DNA of 64,000 nt, taken from the NCBI GenBank assembly GCA_963663965.2, contig CAXXFK010000025.1, positions 1 to 64,000 on the forward strand, written 5' to 3'. Source of the DNA: Sedimentisphaerales bacterium (GTDB lineage: Bacteria > Planctomycetota > Phycisphaerae > Sedimentisphaerales > SM23-30). Below, in pieces: positions 1 to 9,398 of the stretch. The position numbers were made by a program, and so were the translations under genes. Each line of letters starts with the position of its first letter. Position 1 is the stretch's first letter. The notes under the pieces were generated by a model. It worked only from the letters and a program-made list of their open reading frames with translations, did no database searches and was not told the origin of the DNA.

Positions 1-1
1 A

Positions 2-373
2 CGGGAGGAATTGAGTCAGAATGCCCGGTTGTTATCCGCCGGCCGGACCGGCCTGGCCGGTGACGGTCAGATTGCCGGTCAGATTGCCGATCTGGCCAGC
101 CAGGGCGTCTCGTCCCTCAGTGGTATCAGTCTCACGGACCGGTTTGAGGCGATTACCGCTTCCATCGCGACTCAGACCCGGGAGATTCGCGATAATTATG
201 AAGCTGCTGACGTGGTGGTTCAGACACTGGAGTCCGAACGGCAGAGTATCAGCGGCGTGTCCGTGGATGAAGAAGCCATGAATATGATGATATTTCAGCG
301 CGCCTTTCAGGGCGCGGCCCGATATGTGTCACTCATCGACCAGATGATGGATGAAGTTTTAAATTTACTGTAA
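2..373 (+). CDS. flgK: Flagellar hook-associated protein FlgK, C-terminal part (gene starts before the window)
   Basis: Frame is open from the window edge. C-terminal motif ERQSISGVSVDEEAMNMMIFQRAFQGAARYV; lies directly before flgL. Confidence 0.9.
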   Translation, partial: REELSQNARLLSAGRTGLAGDGQIAGQIADLASQGVSSLSGISLTDRFEAITASIATQTREIRDNYEAADVVVQTLESERQSISGVSVDEEAMNMMIFQRAFQGAARYVSLIDQMMDEVLNLL

Positions 374-389
374 TGGAAAGGAATCTTTT

Positions 390-2347
390 GTGAGTTCTTC
401 CGTCAGACCCGTCAATAGTACCCGAGTGAGTATGCTGATGCAGACCGATCTGCTGATGGGCAATATTCATAGTGTGACGTCTGATTTGCTCATCGCCCAG
501 AACCAGTTGTCCTCGGGCTTTAGAAAATTCAGCGCCCCAGCGACAACCCTACCGATGCCACGGCCATTATGAATCTGGACGGCACCCTGGAACGAATGAG
601 CAGTTATCTGGAGAACATCAAATACACCGATACCATTATGAGCAGCACCGATGACGCGCTGGGTCAGGCCGTGGATCTGGTCAGCCAGGCTTATAGCCTG
701 GCGCTGGGAGGCATTGGGGCCGGGGCGGATGAAGAAATGCGCGAAGCCAACGCCCTGGAGATCGATCAGATTATCCAGCAACTGATGACGCTGGGCAATC
801 GACAGGTCATGGATGCCTATATTTTTGCCGGAATGAATGTTGAAGAGCAGCCCTTTCAATCGGTTCAGGGCGGGGTGATGTTTACCGGCGATCTGAACAG
901 CCGACAGGTACGTGTTTCGAACGACAGCCTGCTGAATTTCGGCCTGAATGGCCGTGATACTTTTGGCGCTTTGAGCAGCCGCGTGCAGGGTACTGTCGAT
1001 CTGGATCCTGATCTTTCGACGGATACCTTATTAAGCGACCTGAACGGCGCGTTGAATCGCGGCATACGAAAAGGCAATATCATTATCAGCGACGGCGCCA
1101 GCACAGAAAATATCAATCTGAGCGATTGTGTCACGGTCGGTGATGTTATCGATAAAATCAACAACAACTCGACTCTGGTGACCGCGGCGTTGAGCGCCGA
1201 CGGGAGCGGATTTCAACTCACCGCGACCGGCGCGAATGTGACGGTCACCGAAGCAGGCACTGGTTATGCGGCCCGCGATCTGGGCTTGTATGCCACGGTA
1301 GCCGCCGGGGCGATTGCCGGCCAGGACATCGATGCTCGCCTGACGCTCAATACGGATATCAGTCTGTTGGCGAGCGGGGCGGGCATCGATTTAGTTTCAG
1401 GCCTGACGATTACCAACAGCCTGGTGGATGATATCGGTCCGATCGATCTTTCCAGCGCCCAGACCCTGGGCGATCTCATCAGTTTATTGAATAATTCCGG
1501 CCTGGGCATTCGCGCCGAGATCAATGCCGATGGCACAGGCATCAATATTTTGAATCAGCTGAGCGGTTCGGAAATGAGTATCGGTGAAAATGGCGGAACG
1601 ACGGCGGCCGACCTGGGTGTGCGAACCATGAACGGCAATACCGTGCTCAGTGACATGAATGCCGGCCAGGGAGTGGCAACCAGCGCCAATGGTAAGGCCG
1701 GGGTCATCCGGATTATCGCCCGCGATGATACCCAATACGATATCGATCTGAGTTCGGCGACCACGGTTCAGGATGTGATCGATCTGATCAATGCGGCGAC
1801 GGGCGCGCATATCACCGCCTCGCTGGCATCTACTGGCAATGGCATTACCCTCACTGATACGATCAGTGGCGCCAATAACCTGCGGGTGACGACCGTCAGC
1901 GATAATGGGTATTTTGTTGCGGAACAACTTGGCTTTGTCGGCTCAAGCGCCTCGGCGGCTTCCGATACCCTTACCGGCGCGGATGTCAACAAAGTGCTGC
2001 CCGAAGGCGTTTTTTCCAACCTGATTGCGTTGGCCGAAGCGTTGCGGATGGGAGGCGATCAATCCGAGCGGGATGCCGAAATTTCACGCGTGGCCAACGC
2101 CCTGGCGGGAGACCGTGACCGGTTGAGCAATTATCATGGCGAAGTCGGCGCGATCGTTCAGACCATTGAGAGCCGGCGCGAACATATGGAAGACAACATC
2201 CTGGCGACCGAAACATTGCGGTCGGATATCCGGGATATCGATTTTACCGAAGCGATTACCCGCTATCAGAATCTGGTTACCGCGTTACAGGGTAACTTGA
2301 TGACCGGTGGCACGATTAATACCCTGACCTTGTTGGATTATTTATGA
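390..2347 (+). CDS. flgL: Flagellar hook-associated protein FlgL, split by a frameshift near 519-527
   Basis: SD GAAAGGA then GTG at 390. ...QNQLSSG (frame of 390) continues as KIQRPSDNPTDATAIM (frame of 569). C-terminus RSDIRDIDFTEAITRYQ...TLTLLDYL is typical of FlgL. Confidence 0.85.
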
Positions 2348-2405
2348 TGGACAGGATAACAGTCCTCAAAACGATTAACTCTTTTTAAGACATGGAGGTT
2401 GCCTG

Positions 2406-2864
2406 ATGAAAGTCATGACGACTCGATTTGGAGAAATTGAAGTAGACGAACAGCGGATCATGGTATTCCCGGAAGGCATTCTGGGATTCCCGGAGCATTA
2501 CGAATACGCCCTGTTGCAAACCAATGAAGAAGGCAACTTCTTCTGGCTGCAATCGATCGACCGGCCGGACCTGGCCTTTGTGGTGTGCGATCCGGTTTTG
2601 TTTGTACCGGATTATCAAGTGCCGATCAAGCTTGAGGATATGGAAGAAATCAAACTGGCCGACGTCCGCAATGCCCAGGTTCTGATTATTGTCAACAAAG
2701 TGGAACGCTCCTTAACCGGCAATTTGCAGGGTCCGTTGATTATCAATGTGATGAACCGCCAGGGACGACAGTTGGTTCTTTCGGAAAAGAAATACAGTAC
2801 CCGTCATCCGTTAATGGAACTGGGCCAGAAACATACCGCCGGCCAGACGGTCAAGACCGCGTAA
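2406..2864 (+). CDS. fliW: Flagellar assembly factor / CsrA antagonist FliW
   Basis: TTRFGEIEV...FPEGILGF...FWLQS...LAFVVCDP...NLQGPLIIN motifs; lies between flgL and csrA. Confidence 0.95.
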   Translation: MKVMTTRFGEIEVDEQRIMVFPEGILGFPEHYEYALLQTNEEGNFFWLQSIDRPDLAFVVCDPVLFVPDYQVPIKLEDMEEIKLADVRNAQVLIIVNKVERSLTGNLQGPLIINVMNRQGRQLVLSEKKYSTRHPLMELGQKHTAGQTVKTA

Positions 2865-2912
2865 GCGATTACGCCCCTGTCCGGGCCGGCAATCGCCGGG
2901 CCCGGCGCCGGA

Positions 2913-2930
2913 GTTCGCATGGATGTGAAC
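2913..2930 (+). promoter_or_regulatory. Putative CsrA-binding hairpin upstream of csrA
   Basis: GTTCGC-ATGGAT-GTGAAC stem with an ANGGAN hexaloop, ending 37 nt before the csrA ATG. Confidence 0.6.
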
Positions 2931-2967
2931 CCGTCACCTAACGCCCTCTGGGCGAAGGAGCTTGAGG

Positions 2968-3207
2968 ATGCTCGTTCTAAGCAGACAAAAAGACCAGACC
3001 ATAATGATTGGCGACAATATCGAAATCACCGTCGTGGATATTCGCGGCGATAAGGTGCGTCTCGGTATTACCGCCCCCACCCAGATTCCTGTGCATCGCA
3101 AAGAAGTCTATGAAGCGATCAAGCAGGAAAATAAACAGGCCGCGAATGTAACATTGCAGGACATCTGCAATCTCGATAAGCAAGCCCCTGATCAAGATAA
3201 AAAGTAA
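2968..3207 (+). CDS. csrA: Carbon storage regulator CsrA
   Basis: [47 protein letters not shown]-terminal extension (ENKQAA) as in FliW-regulated CsrAs; SD AAGGAG. Confidence 0.97.
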   Translation: MLVLSRQKDQTIMIGDNIEITVVDIRGDKVRLGITAPTQIPVHRKEVYEAIKQENKQAANVTLQDICNLDKQAPDQDKK

Positions 3208-3360
3208 ACGGTGCATGTGAAAACATGATAGCCCTGATTAAAAGACAAATGAATAACCCGGCCGGTAAGATACCGGCTCACCCTTCCGGTCATCCGCTGA
3301 CAGACCGGCATGGCCTTATGCCGCAACCTGAACGCGGATAACAATCATGGAGGATTCGTT

Positions 3361-4803
3361 ATGACCAGGATCAATACGAATATCGCATCATTAACCGCCA
3401 GAACCCATCTGGGACGCGCGACCAACGATTTAAACAGTACGTTGCAGCGTTTGAGCAGCGGCCTGCGCATCACGCGCGGCGCGGACGATCCGGCCGGCCT
3501 GATTGTGTCGGAAAAACTGCGCTCCGAAATTTCCAGTATCTCTGAAGCGATTGGCAATTCCGAGCGCGCCTCGAATGTCATTGCCACCGCGGAAGGCGCC
3601 CTGGCAGAAGTCGCCGCGTTGCTGATCAATATCAAGGAATTGACGGTTCAGGCCGCCAATTCCGGCGGGATGAGTCGCGAAGAAATCGAGGCCAATCAGC
3701 TTCAGGTCGATTCGGCCATCGACAGTATCACGCGAATCGCCAATTCCACGACATTTGCCGGGCTGAACCTGCTCAATGGTAATATGTCTTATATTACCAG
3801 TGGTGTGGCGACGTCGGCGGTACGGGGTCTGGATATCTACAGTTCGATGCTGGGAGACCAGAATTATATGACCGTGGAAATCAACGGCGTTTCCGCGGCA
3901 GAGCGCGGCGCTCTGTATTATCGCACCAGCCAGATTGGCAGTGCGATTACCCTGGAGATTGCCTCCAGCAAGGGCGTCGAGGTGATCCCGTTTGCCCAGA
4001 GCGCCAGTGTTTCGACCATTCTCGAAGCGATCAACGCCCGTACCGACGCGCTCGGGGTCAGCGCCTCTTATATCAGCGGCGCCGGCAGTGAAGAGCAGGG
4101 CATTATCATTCGGAGCGTCGACTATGGCAGCGATGCGTTTGTGTCCGTGCAGACCCTGCCCAGCAGTTACGGGACCTTTACGACGCGGAATGCCGGTGGT
4201 ACTGCCACACAGCGTGATTATGGGACGGATGTCGTCGCCACGGTAAATGGCGCGGCCATTGCCGGGGTAGGCGAACGCATCACGCTGAAAAGTTCTATTC
4301 TCGATATGCGTGTTAAACTCAATTCCGCGTTTGGATCGGGTGACAGCACAACCTTTTATATTACCGGAGGAGGAGCCATGTTCCAGCTTGGACCTCATAT
4401 CGATTCCTCTGAACAAGTCAATGTCGGAATTCAGTCGATTGTTGCCAGCAGGCTGGGATCCGCTGAAAATGGATATCTCAGCGAAGTGCGTACCGGCGGC
4501 TCAGCGTCACTGGTAGGCAATAATTCATCGACTGCCGCCAAGATTATCGAAGAAGCCATTGTGCAGATATCGGTCCTGCGGGGACGCCTGGGCGCCTTCG
4601 AACGCAACACGGTTGATACCAATATCAACTCACTGCGGATCACATTGGAGAATGTGACCTCGGCCGAATCCATGATTCGCGATGCCGATTTTGCGGAGGA
4701 ATCCGCCAATATGACGCGCAGCCAGATTCTGGTGAGTGCCGGTACTTCTGTGCTGGCCATGGCCAATCAGACGCCGCAATCGGTATTGGCGCTGTTGCAA
4801 TAA
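3361..4803 (+). CDS. fliC: Flagellin 1
   Basis: MTRINTN...RLSSGLRI...DDPAGL N-terminus; IRDADFAEE...QIL...PQSVLALLQ C-terminus; SD GGAGG before ATG 3361. Confidence 0.95.
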   Translation: MTRINTNIASLTARTHLGRATNDLNSTLQRLSSGLRITRGADDPAGLIVSEKLRSEISSISEAIGNSERASNVIATAEGALAEVAALLINIKELTVQAANSGGMSREEIEANQLQVDSAIDSITRIANSTTFAGLNLLNGNMSYITSGVATSAVRGLDIYSSMLGDQNYMTVEINGVSAAERGALYYRTSQIGSAITLEIASSKGVEVIPFAQSASVSTILEAINARTDALGVSASYISGAGSEEQGIIIRSVDYGSDAFVSVQTLPSSYGTFTTRNAGGTATQRDYGTDVVATVNGAAIAGVGERITLKSSILDMRVKLNSAFGSGDSTTFYITGGGAMFQLGPHIDSSEQVNVGIQSIVASRLGSAENGYLSEVRTGGSASLVGNNSSTAAKIIEEAIVQISVLRGRLGAFERNTVDTNINSLRITLENVTSAESMIRDADFAEESANMTRSQILVSAGTSVLAMANQTPQSVLALLQ

Positions 4804-5164
4804 TATCCGTATCCTGGAAATTTCAGGTACATAAGAAAAACGAACGCTTAAGGAGTGTGCACCGACCTTGTTCTGGCTTGTGCCAAAATGACCGGTGTCG
4901 CTTTTGTGCGCCCGTTCGGTCTGGAATTGCCGGTCGCAGGGCTTCCTCGTGTTAAAGTGACTCGGATGATTATACCTTATATAAGGATTGCATCGGTAAA
5001 AAGGAAGGAAGGATTCTTATGACCGCAGTAGCGGTTATATGAGAAAATACGGCGTTTATGGGACCGTCGTCATATTAATAAAAAAAAAGTTGGTCAATTT
5101 ACGGGAATTTGGGGCCGGATAACCGTCAATTCAATGGTTTTGAGTTCGGGTTGCAACATTTAGC

Positions 5165-5193
5165 TAAAGTGGCCTGTCTGTACAGGACGATTA
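5165..5193 (+). promoter_or_regulatory. Putative sigma28 (FliA/WhiG-type) promoter for flagellin 2
   Basis: TAAA-N17-GACGATTA; same pattern as the sites before flagellin 3, fliD and fliS. Confidence 0.55.
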
Positions 5194-5498
5194 GACTGGT
5201 GCAATGAAATGCGACTTACCGCATGTATAGCTAATGATGAAAAAACCAACGTTACAACATGGTAGAAATGTCAGGGAGGACATGCCTATGAGATAATCAT
5301 CGTGGATACCCGCGGCCCGCAGAACCGCAGGTGTCTTGATACCTTGTTGTCTTACGTCACAAAAATATGAATAACACCCTGGTGAACGAGACTGAAAATA
5401 AAAGTATAAACCTTCTTATGGGACTCCAATAGCGTTAAGAAGTCCAGCAAATAAAGAAACAGTCTCATCACCCCAACAACCCCTGTAGGAGGTTTGTT

Positions 5499-6959
5499 AT
5501 GAGCAGAATAAACACCAATGTAACCGCGTTAACCAGTTCAAGAATCTTGAACGAAAACACCACCAGCCTGAACAAATCGCTGGAAAAATTGAGCACCGGT
5601 TTGCGTATTAACCGGGGCTCGGACGATCCGGCCGGTTTGATCGCGTCGGAAAACCTCAGAAAACAGATTGCCGGTACCGAAACCGCGATCAAGAACGCCG
5701 AACGGGCGATCACGATTGTCGGAACGGCCGAAGGCGGTCTCAACGAAGTCAGCAACATGCTGGTTGAATTGCAGGCCCTGCTGGGCGAAGCCGCCAATAC
5801 CGGCGGTATGAGTACCGAGGAAATCGACGCCAATCAACAGCAGGTGGACTCCATCCTTAATACCATTGACCGGATTTCCAACTCGACCGAGTTTGAAGGC
5901 ATGAAACTGCTCAATGGTAACCGGGCCTATACTACCAGTTCGGTCAGTTCCATGTTTATTGGCGAACTTCAGGTTAATGCCGCTAAGTTGATTGATGGCG
6001 CGACGATGCAGGTCGATGTGGCCAAGACGTCGGCCGCCAATACCGGTATTATCTATCTCAGTGGTGAAGGACTCTCTGGAACCGATGCGATGACCATTCA
6101 GATTGGCTCAGCGCGTGGCACCACGGAATTGACCTTTGCCGGTAGTACGGCCATTGCTGATATCATTACCGGTATCAACCAGGTTAAAGAAGTCACCGGT
6201 GTTTCCGCTTTCCTGTCTACTGACGGCAATTCGGCCACCCTGCGCAGTGTGGATTTCGGTTCTGGCGCTTATGTCAGTCTGGAGGTTCTAGCAGGAAACA
6301 GCACTGGTAGTAAATTGAGAATCAGTGAAGCTGTCGCTGGTGGCCATGTGACCAGTTCAAAGGTCGATGGCGTGAATGCCACCGCGACCATTAATGGTAC
6401 ATCCGCGACGGCTGACGGCAAGAAACTGACCATCCGTACCGCCATGCTGGATGCCGAACTGGATCTGGACGGCACGGCTGCCTTGTCTTCAGCCGACTGG
6501 AGCACTACGTTTGGGATCACCGGTGGTGGTTCAGACTTTGCCCTGGGTTCTCAGGTAGATGCAATCGGTCTGGAATCGATCGGAATACAGAATGTCGCCA
6601 CGACAGCATTAGGCAATGTTGATGATGGCTATCTTAATACGCTGAAGAGCGGTGGCGATAATGCCCTGACCAGCGACAACCTGTATACGGCGCAACGGAT
6701 TGTCAGTTCCGCAATTAAGGATATTTCCAAATTACGCGGCCGGTTAGGTTCGTTCCAGAAGAATACCCTGGAAACCACGATTAATTCACTGAAGGTGGCT
6801 AAAGAAAACCTCTACTCAGCGAATTCGGCCATCCGCGATACCGATTTTGCGACCGAAACCTCGAATATGACCCGGTCACAGATTCTGGTACAGGCTTCGA
6901 CCAGTGTTCTGGCGCAGTCTAACTTTGCTCCGCAAAATGTATTAGCCTTGCTGGGCTGA
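5499..6959 (+). CDS. fliC: Flagellin 2
   Basis: MSRINTN...KLSTGLRINRGSDDPAGL; IRDTDFATE...PQNVLALLG; SD AGGAGG. Confidence 0.95.
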   Translation: MSRINTNVTALTSSRILNENTTSLNKSLEKLSTGLRINRGSDDPAGLIASENLRKQIAGTETAIKNAERAITIVGTAEGGLNEVSNMLVELQALLGEAANTGGMSTEEIDANQQQVDSILNTIDRISNSTEFEGMKLLNGNRAYTTSSVSSMFIGELQVNAAKLIDGATMQVDVAKTSAANTGIIYLSGEGLSGTDAMTIQIGSARGTTELTFAGSTAIADIITGINQVKEVTGVSAFLSTDGNSATLRSVDFGSGAYVSLEVLAGNSTGSKLRISEAVAGGHVTSSKVDGVNATATINGTSATADGKKLTIRTAMLDAELDLDGTAALSSADWSTTFGITGGGSDFALGSQVDAIGLESIGIQNVATTALGNVDDGYLNTLKSGGDNALTSDNLYTAQRIVSSAIKDISKLRGRLGSFQKNTLETTINSLKVAKENLYSANSAIRDTDFATETSNMTRSQILVQASTSVLAQSNFAPQNVLALLG

Positions 6960-6974
6960 TTATTTGACGCTATT

Positions 6975-7037
6975 CTGGTGGATGAAGTCCTGACAGCGGC
7001 GGTACTCATCGTCTCTGTCAGGCTTCATCCTGTCCAG
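6975..7037 (+). terminator. Long hairpin after flagellin 2 (terminator or stability element)
   Basis: GGATGAAG-t-CCTGACAG ... CTGTCAGG-CTTCATCC inverted repeat just after the stop codon; no strong U-tract. Confidence 0.55.
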
Positions 7038-7377
7038 TTAACTTTAGTATTTTCAATGCCGGATAAGCCCTTGATTGCCGGATATTCCAACGAATCGTTG
7101 AATAATAAATGCTGGGTTCGATAACAAAAATAAAAAAAAATATGGACCTGAGTTTCGAAACGATTTCATTAGATTATCACAACCCGCAATTGAGGAATTA
7201 TCAACAGTGATGATTTTCTTTTTTATTTGTAACTATCTTAATTGCAATATGATAAGAATATTATCCTGCATGGCGATGGTCTGAGATCCCACCAAATATT
7301 TCCCGGAATATCGGTTTTTCCGGGCACATCGGTCTAGGTCCAATAATACGATTTTGTTAAAATATTATCGCCCTTTC

Positions 7378-7405
7378 TAAAGTTTTATCGCCACTTTGTC
7401 GAAAA
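7378..7405 (+). promoter_or_regulatory. Putative sigma28-type promoter for flagellin 3 and its long leader
   Basis: TAAA-N16-GTCGAAAA. Confidence 0.5.
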
Positions 7406-7489
7406 CTAAAGAGCAAACAGTGATGGTTTCCTGCTCAGAGCAATTCCGGGTTGCCAGAGCGAAATTATAGCTGTCTTGCAAAAATCTGA

Positions 7490-7938
7490 AGAGCCGGCCA
7501 GGATGATTGCCGGGATTCAGGACCAGTGTCGAAAGTTGTAAAGGAGTTGCAACCAGACATGCTGGACAATTTGAACCATGAAACGGATTTCGGCCGATTG
7601 GTTTCGGCCAGGTGCTGCTGCCAGGTGGAACCCCGCTTACGCATCTCTTATATTATCTTCGGATGGTAATCTAATGTACTGGTAATGTACGCGGATTCGG
7701 TTCGTGAGAACCCTCGCCGAATCTGCTTTATACAGTCCTTGCTGTCACGGCTCCAGGACGGTGAAATCGCGTGATTTCACGCTGTGAACAGGAAGTCTGG
7801 CCAAGACGAATCAATGGCTTCAATATGGACTGTAAATTCCGGACAGACCGGTTCCGGGACGCGTAAATTAATGTAACAAGGTTAACGGTCTGTAAGCTCA
7901 GGCGAAATGAATGCCTGCCTTGTCACGGAGGATAGACC
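7490..7938 (+). ncRNA. Candidate structured GGA-rich leader / CsrA-binding RNA upstream of flagellin 3
   Basis: 16 GGA on the + strand versus 4 on the - strand in 7500-7935; many hairpins, several with GGA in the loop; no long ORF. Confidence 0.5.
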
Positions 7939-9396
7939 ATGTCACGGATTAATACTAATGTATCCTCGATGAATGCGATCCACAAGTTGGTCGCAAACAA
8001 CGAAGACCTGAACACACGCCTCAAAAGGCTCTCTTCCGGGTTGCGGATCACATCTGGCAAAGATGATCCGGCCGGCCTGATCGCTTCGGAAAATCTTCGG
8101 TCCGAAATGGCCGGTATCCGATCGGGTATCAGCAACTCGCTTCGGGCCTCGAACGTGATCGCGACGGCAGAAGGCGCCTTGAACGAAATCTCCTCTTTAT
8201 TAGTGAATATCAAAGAGCTGCTCGTTCAAACGGCGAATAAAGGCGCCCTGTCGCAGGAAGAGATCGACGCCAATCAGCTCCAGGTTGATTCCGCGATCAA
8301 TACGATCCAACGGATCGCCAATGCCACCGAATTTGAAGGGATGAAGCTCTTGAATGGCAACAAGGCTTATACCACCAGTTCGGTCAGTTCCATGTTTATT
8401 GGCGAACTCAGTGTCAATGCCGCCAAACTCATTGACGGCGCGACCATGCAGGTGGATGTCACTAAGACTTCTGCCGCTAATACTGGAATTATATATCTCA
8501 GCGGTGAAGGGCTCGGTGTCAGCTCCATGACGATTCAAATCGGATCGAACCGGGGAAATACCGAACTTTCTTTTGCAGCCAGTACCGCTATTGCCGATAT
8601 CATTGCTGCCATCAACCAGGTCAAAGAAGTGACCGGTGTATCGGCATTTTTGTCTACAGACGGGAATTCCGCCACTTTGCGTAGTGTCGACTTTGGCACC
8701 AATGCTTATGTCAGCCTGGAAGTCTTGTCAGGTGCATATACCGGCAACGATTTACGGATCAGTGAAACTGTAGCCGGTAACCATGCGACCGACAGTCAGG
8801 TTTATGGTGTGAACGCCCGTGCCACGATTAATGGTACCGCAGCCATCGCCGACGGAAAACGATTAACCGTCAGAACGGCGATGCTTGATGCCGAGTTGGA
8901 TCTGGAAGGAACTGCGGCTTTGTCCGCGGCGGACTGGACGAGCAGCTTTGGTGTCACCGGCGGCGGTTCCGATTTTGCGATTGGATCCAAGGTGGATGCG
9001 ATCGGCATGGAATCGCTAGGCATTATGAGTGTAGCCCCAAGTCAATTGGGCAATTATACCGACGGCTACCTTAACACGCTTAAGAGCGGTGCGACCAACG
9101 CCCTCAACGGCGACAATTTATATACCGCCCAGCGGATTGTGGACTCCGCGATCAAGGATATCTCCACATTGCGAGGCCGACTGGGTGCGTTCCAGAAAAA
9201 TATTCTCGAAACGAATGTGAATTCGTTGCGAGTTACCTTGGAGAATGTAACCGCTTCCGAATCTGCGATTCGCGATGCCGATTTCGCATCCGAAACCGCG
9301 GCCATGACCCGCGCGCAGATTCTGGTACAGGCCAATACTTCGGTCCTGTCCATGGCAAACACTTTGCCTCAGAGCGTCCTGGCACTACTCGGTTAA
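7939..9396 (+). CDS. fliC: Flagellin 3
   Basis: MSRINTN...RLSSGLRI...DDPAGL; IRDADFASE...PQSVLALLG; SD GGAGG. Confidence 0.95.
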   Translation: MSRINTNVSSMNAIHKLVANNEDLNTRLKRLSSGLRITSGKDDPAGLIASENLRSEMAGIRSGISNSLRASNVIATAEGALNEISSLLVNIKELLVQTANKGALSQEEIDANQLQVDSAINTIQRIANATEFEGMKLLNGNKAYTTSSVSSMFIGELSVNAAKLIDGATMQVDVTKTSAANTGIIYLSGEGLGVSSMTIQIGSNRGNTELSFAASTAIADIIAAINQVKEVTGVSAFLSTDGNSATLRSVDFGTNAYVSLEVLSGAYTGNDLRISETVAGNHATDSQVYGVNARATINGTAAIADGKRLTVRTAMLDAELDLEGTAALSAADWTSSFGVTGGGSDFAIGSKVDAIGMESLGIMSVAPSQLGNYTDGYLNTLKSGATNALNGDNLYTAQRIVDSAIKDISTLRGRLGAFQKNILETNVNSLRVTLENVTASESAIRDADFASETAAMTRAQILVQANTSVLSMANTLPQSVLALLG

Positions 9397-9398
9397 TC

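Noticed and set aside
4852..4867. GGAGTGTGCACCGACC resembling the 3' end of a c-di-GMP-II riboswitch (a similar word occurs at 7543-7558)
   Set aside because: The upstream GGAA..TGA kink-turn and the GCAC pseudoknot partner are missing; no c-di-GMP-I motifs were found either.
5934..8408. 35-nt exact repeat as a CRISPR repeat or DGR template
   Set aside because: Only two copies, both in frame inside paralogous flagellins; no reverse transcriptase or cas genes in the window.
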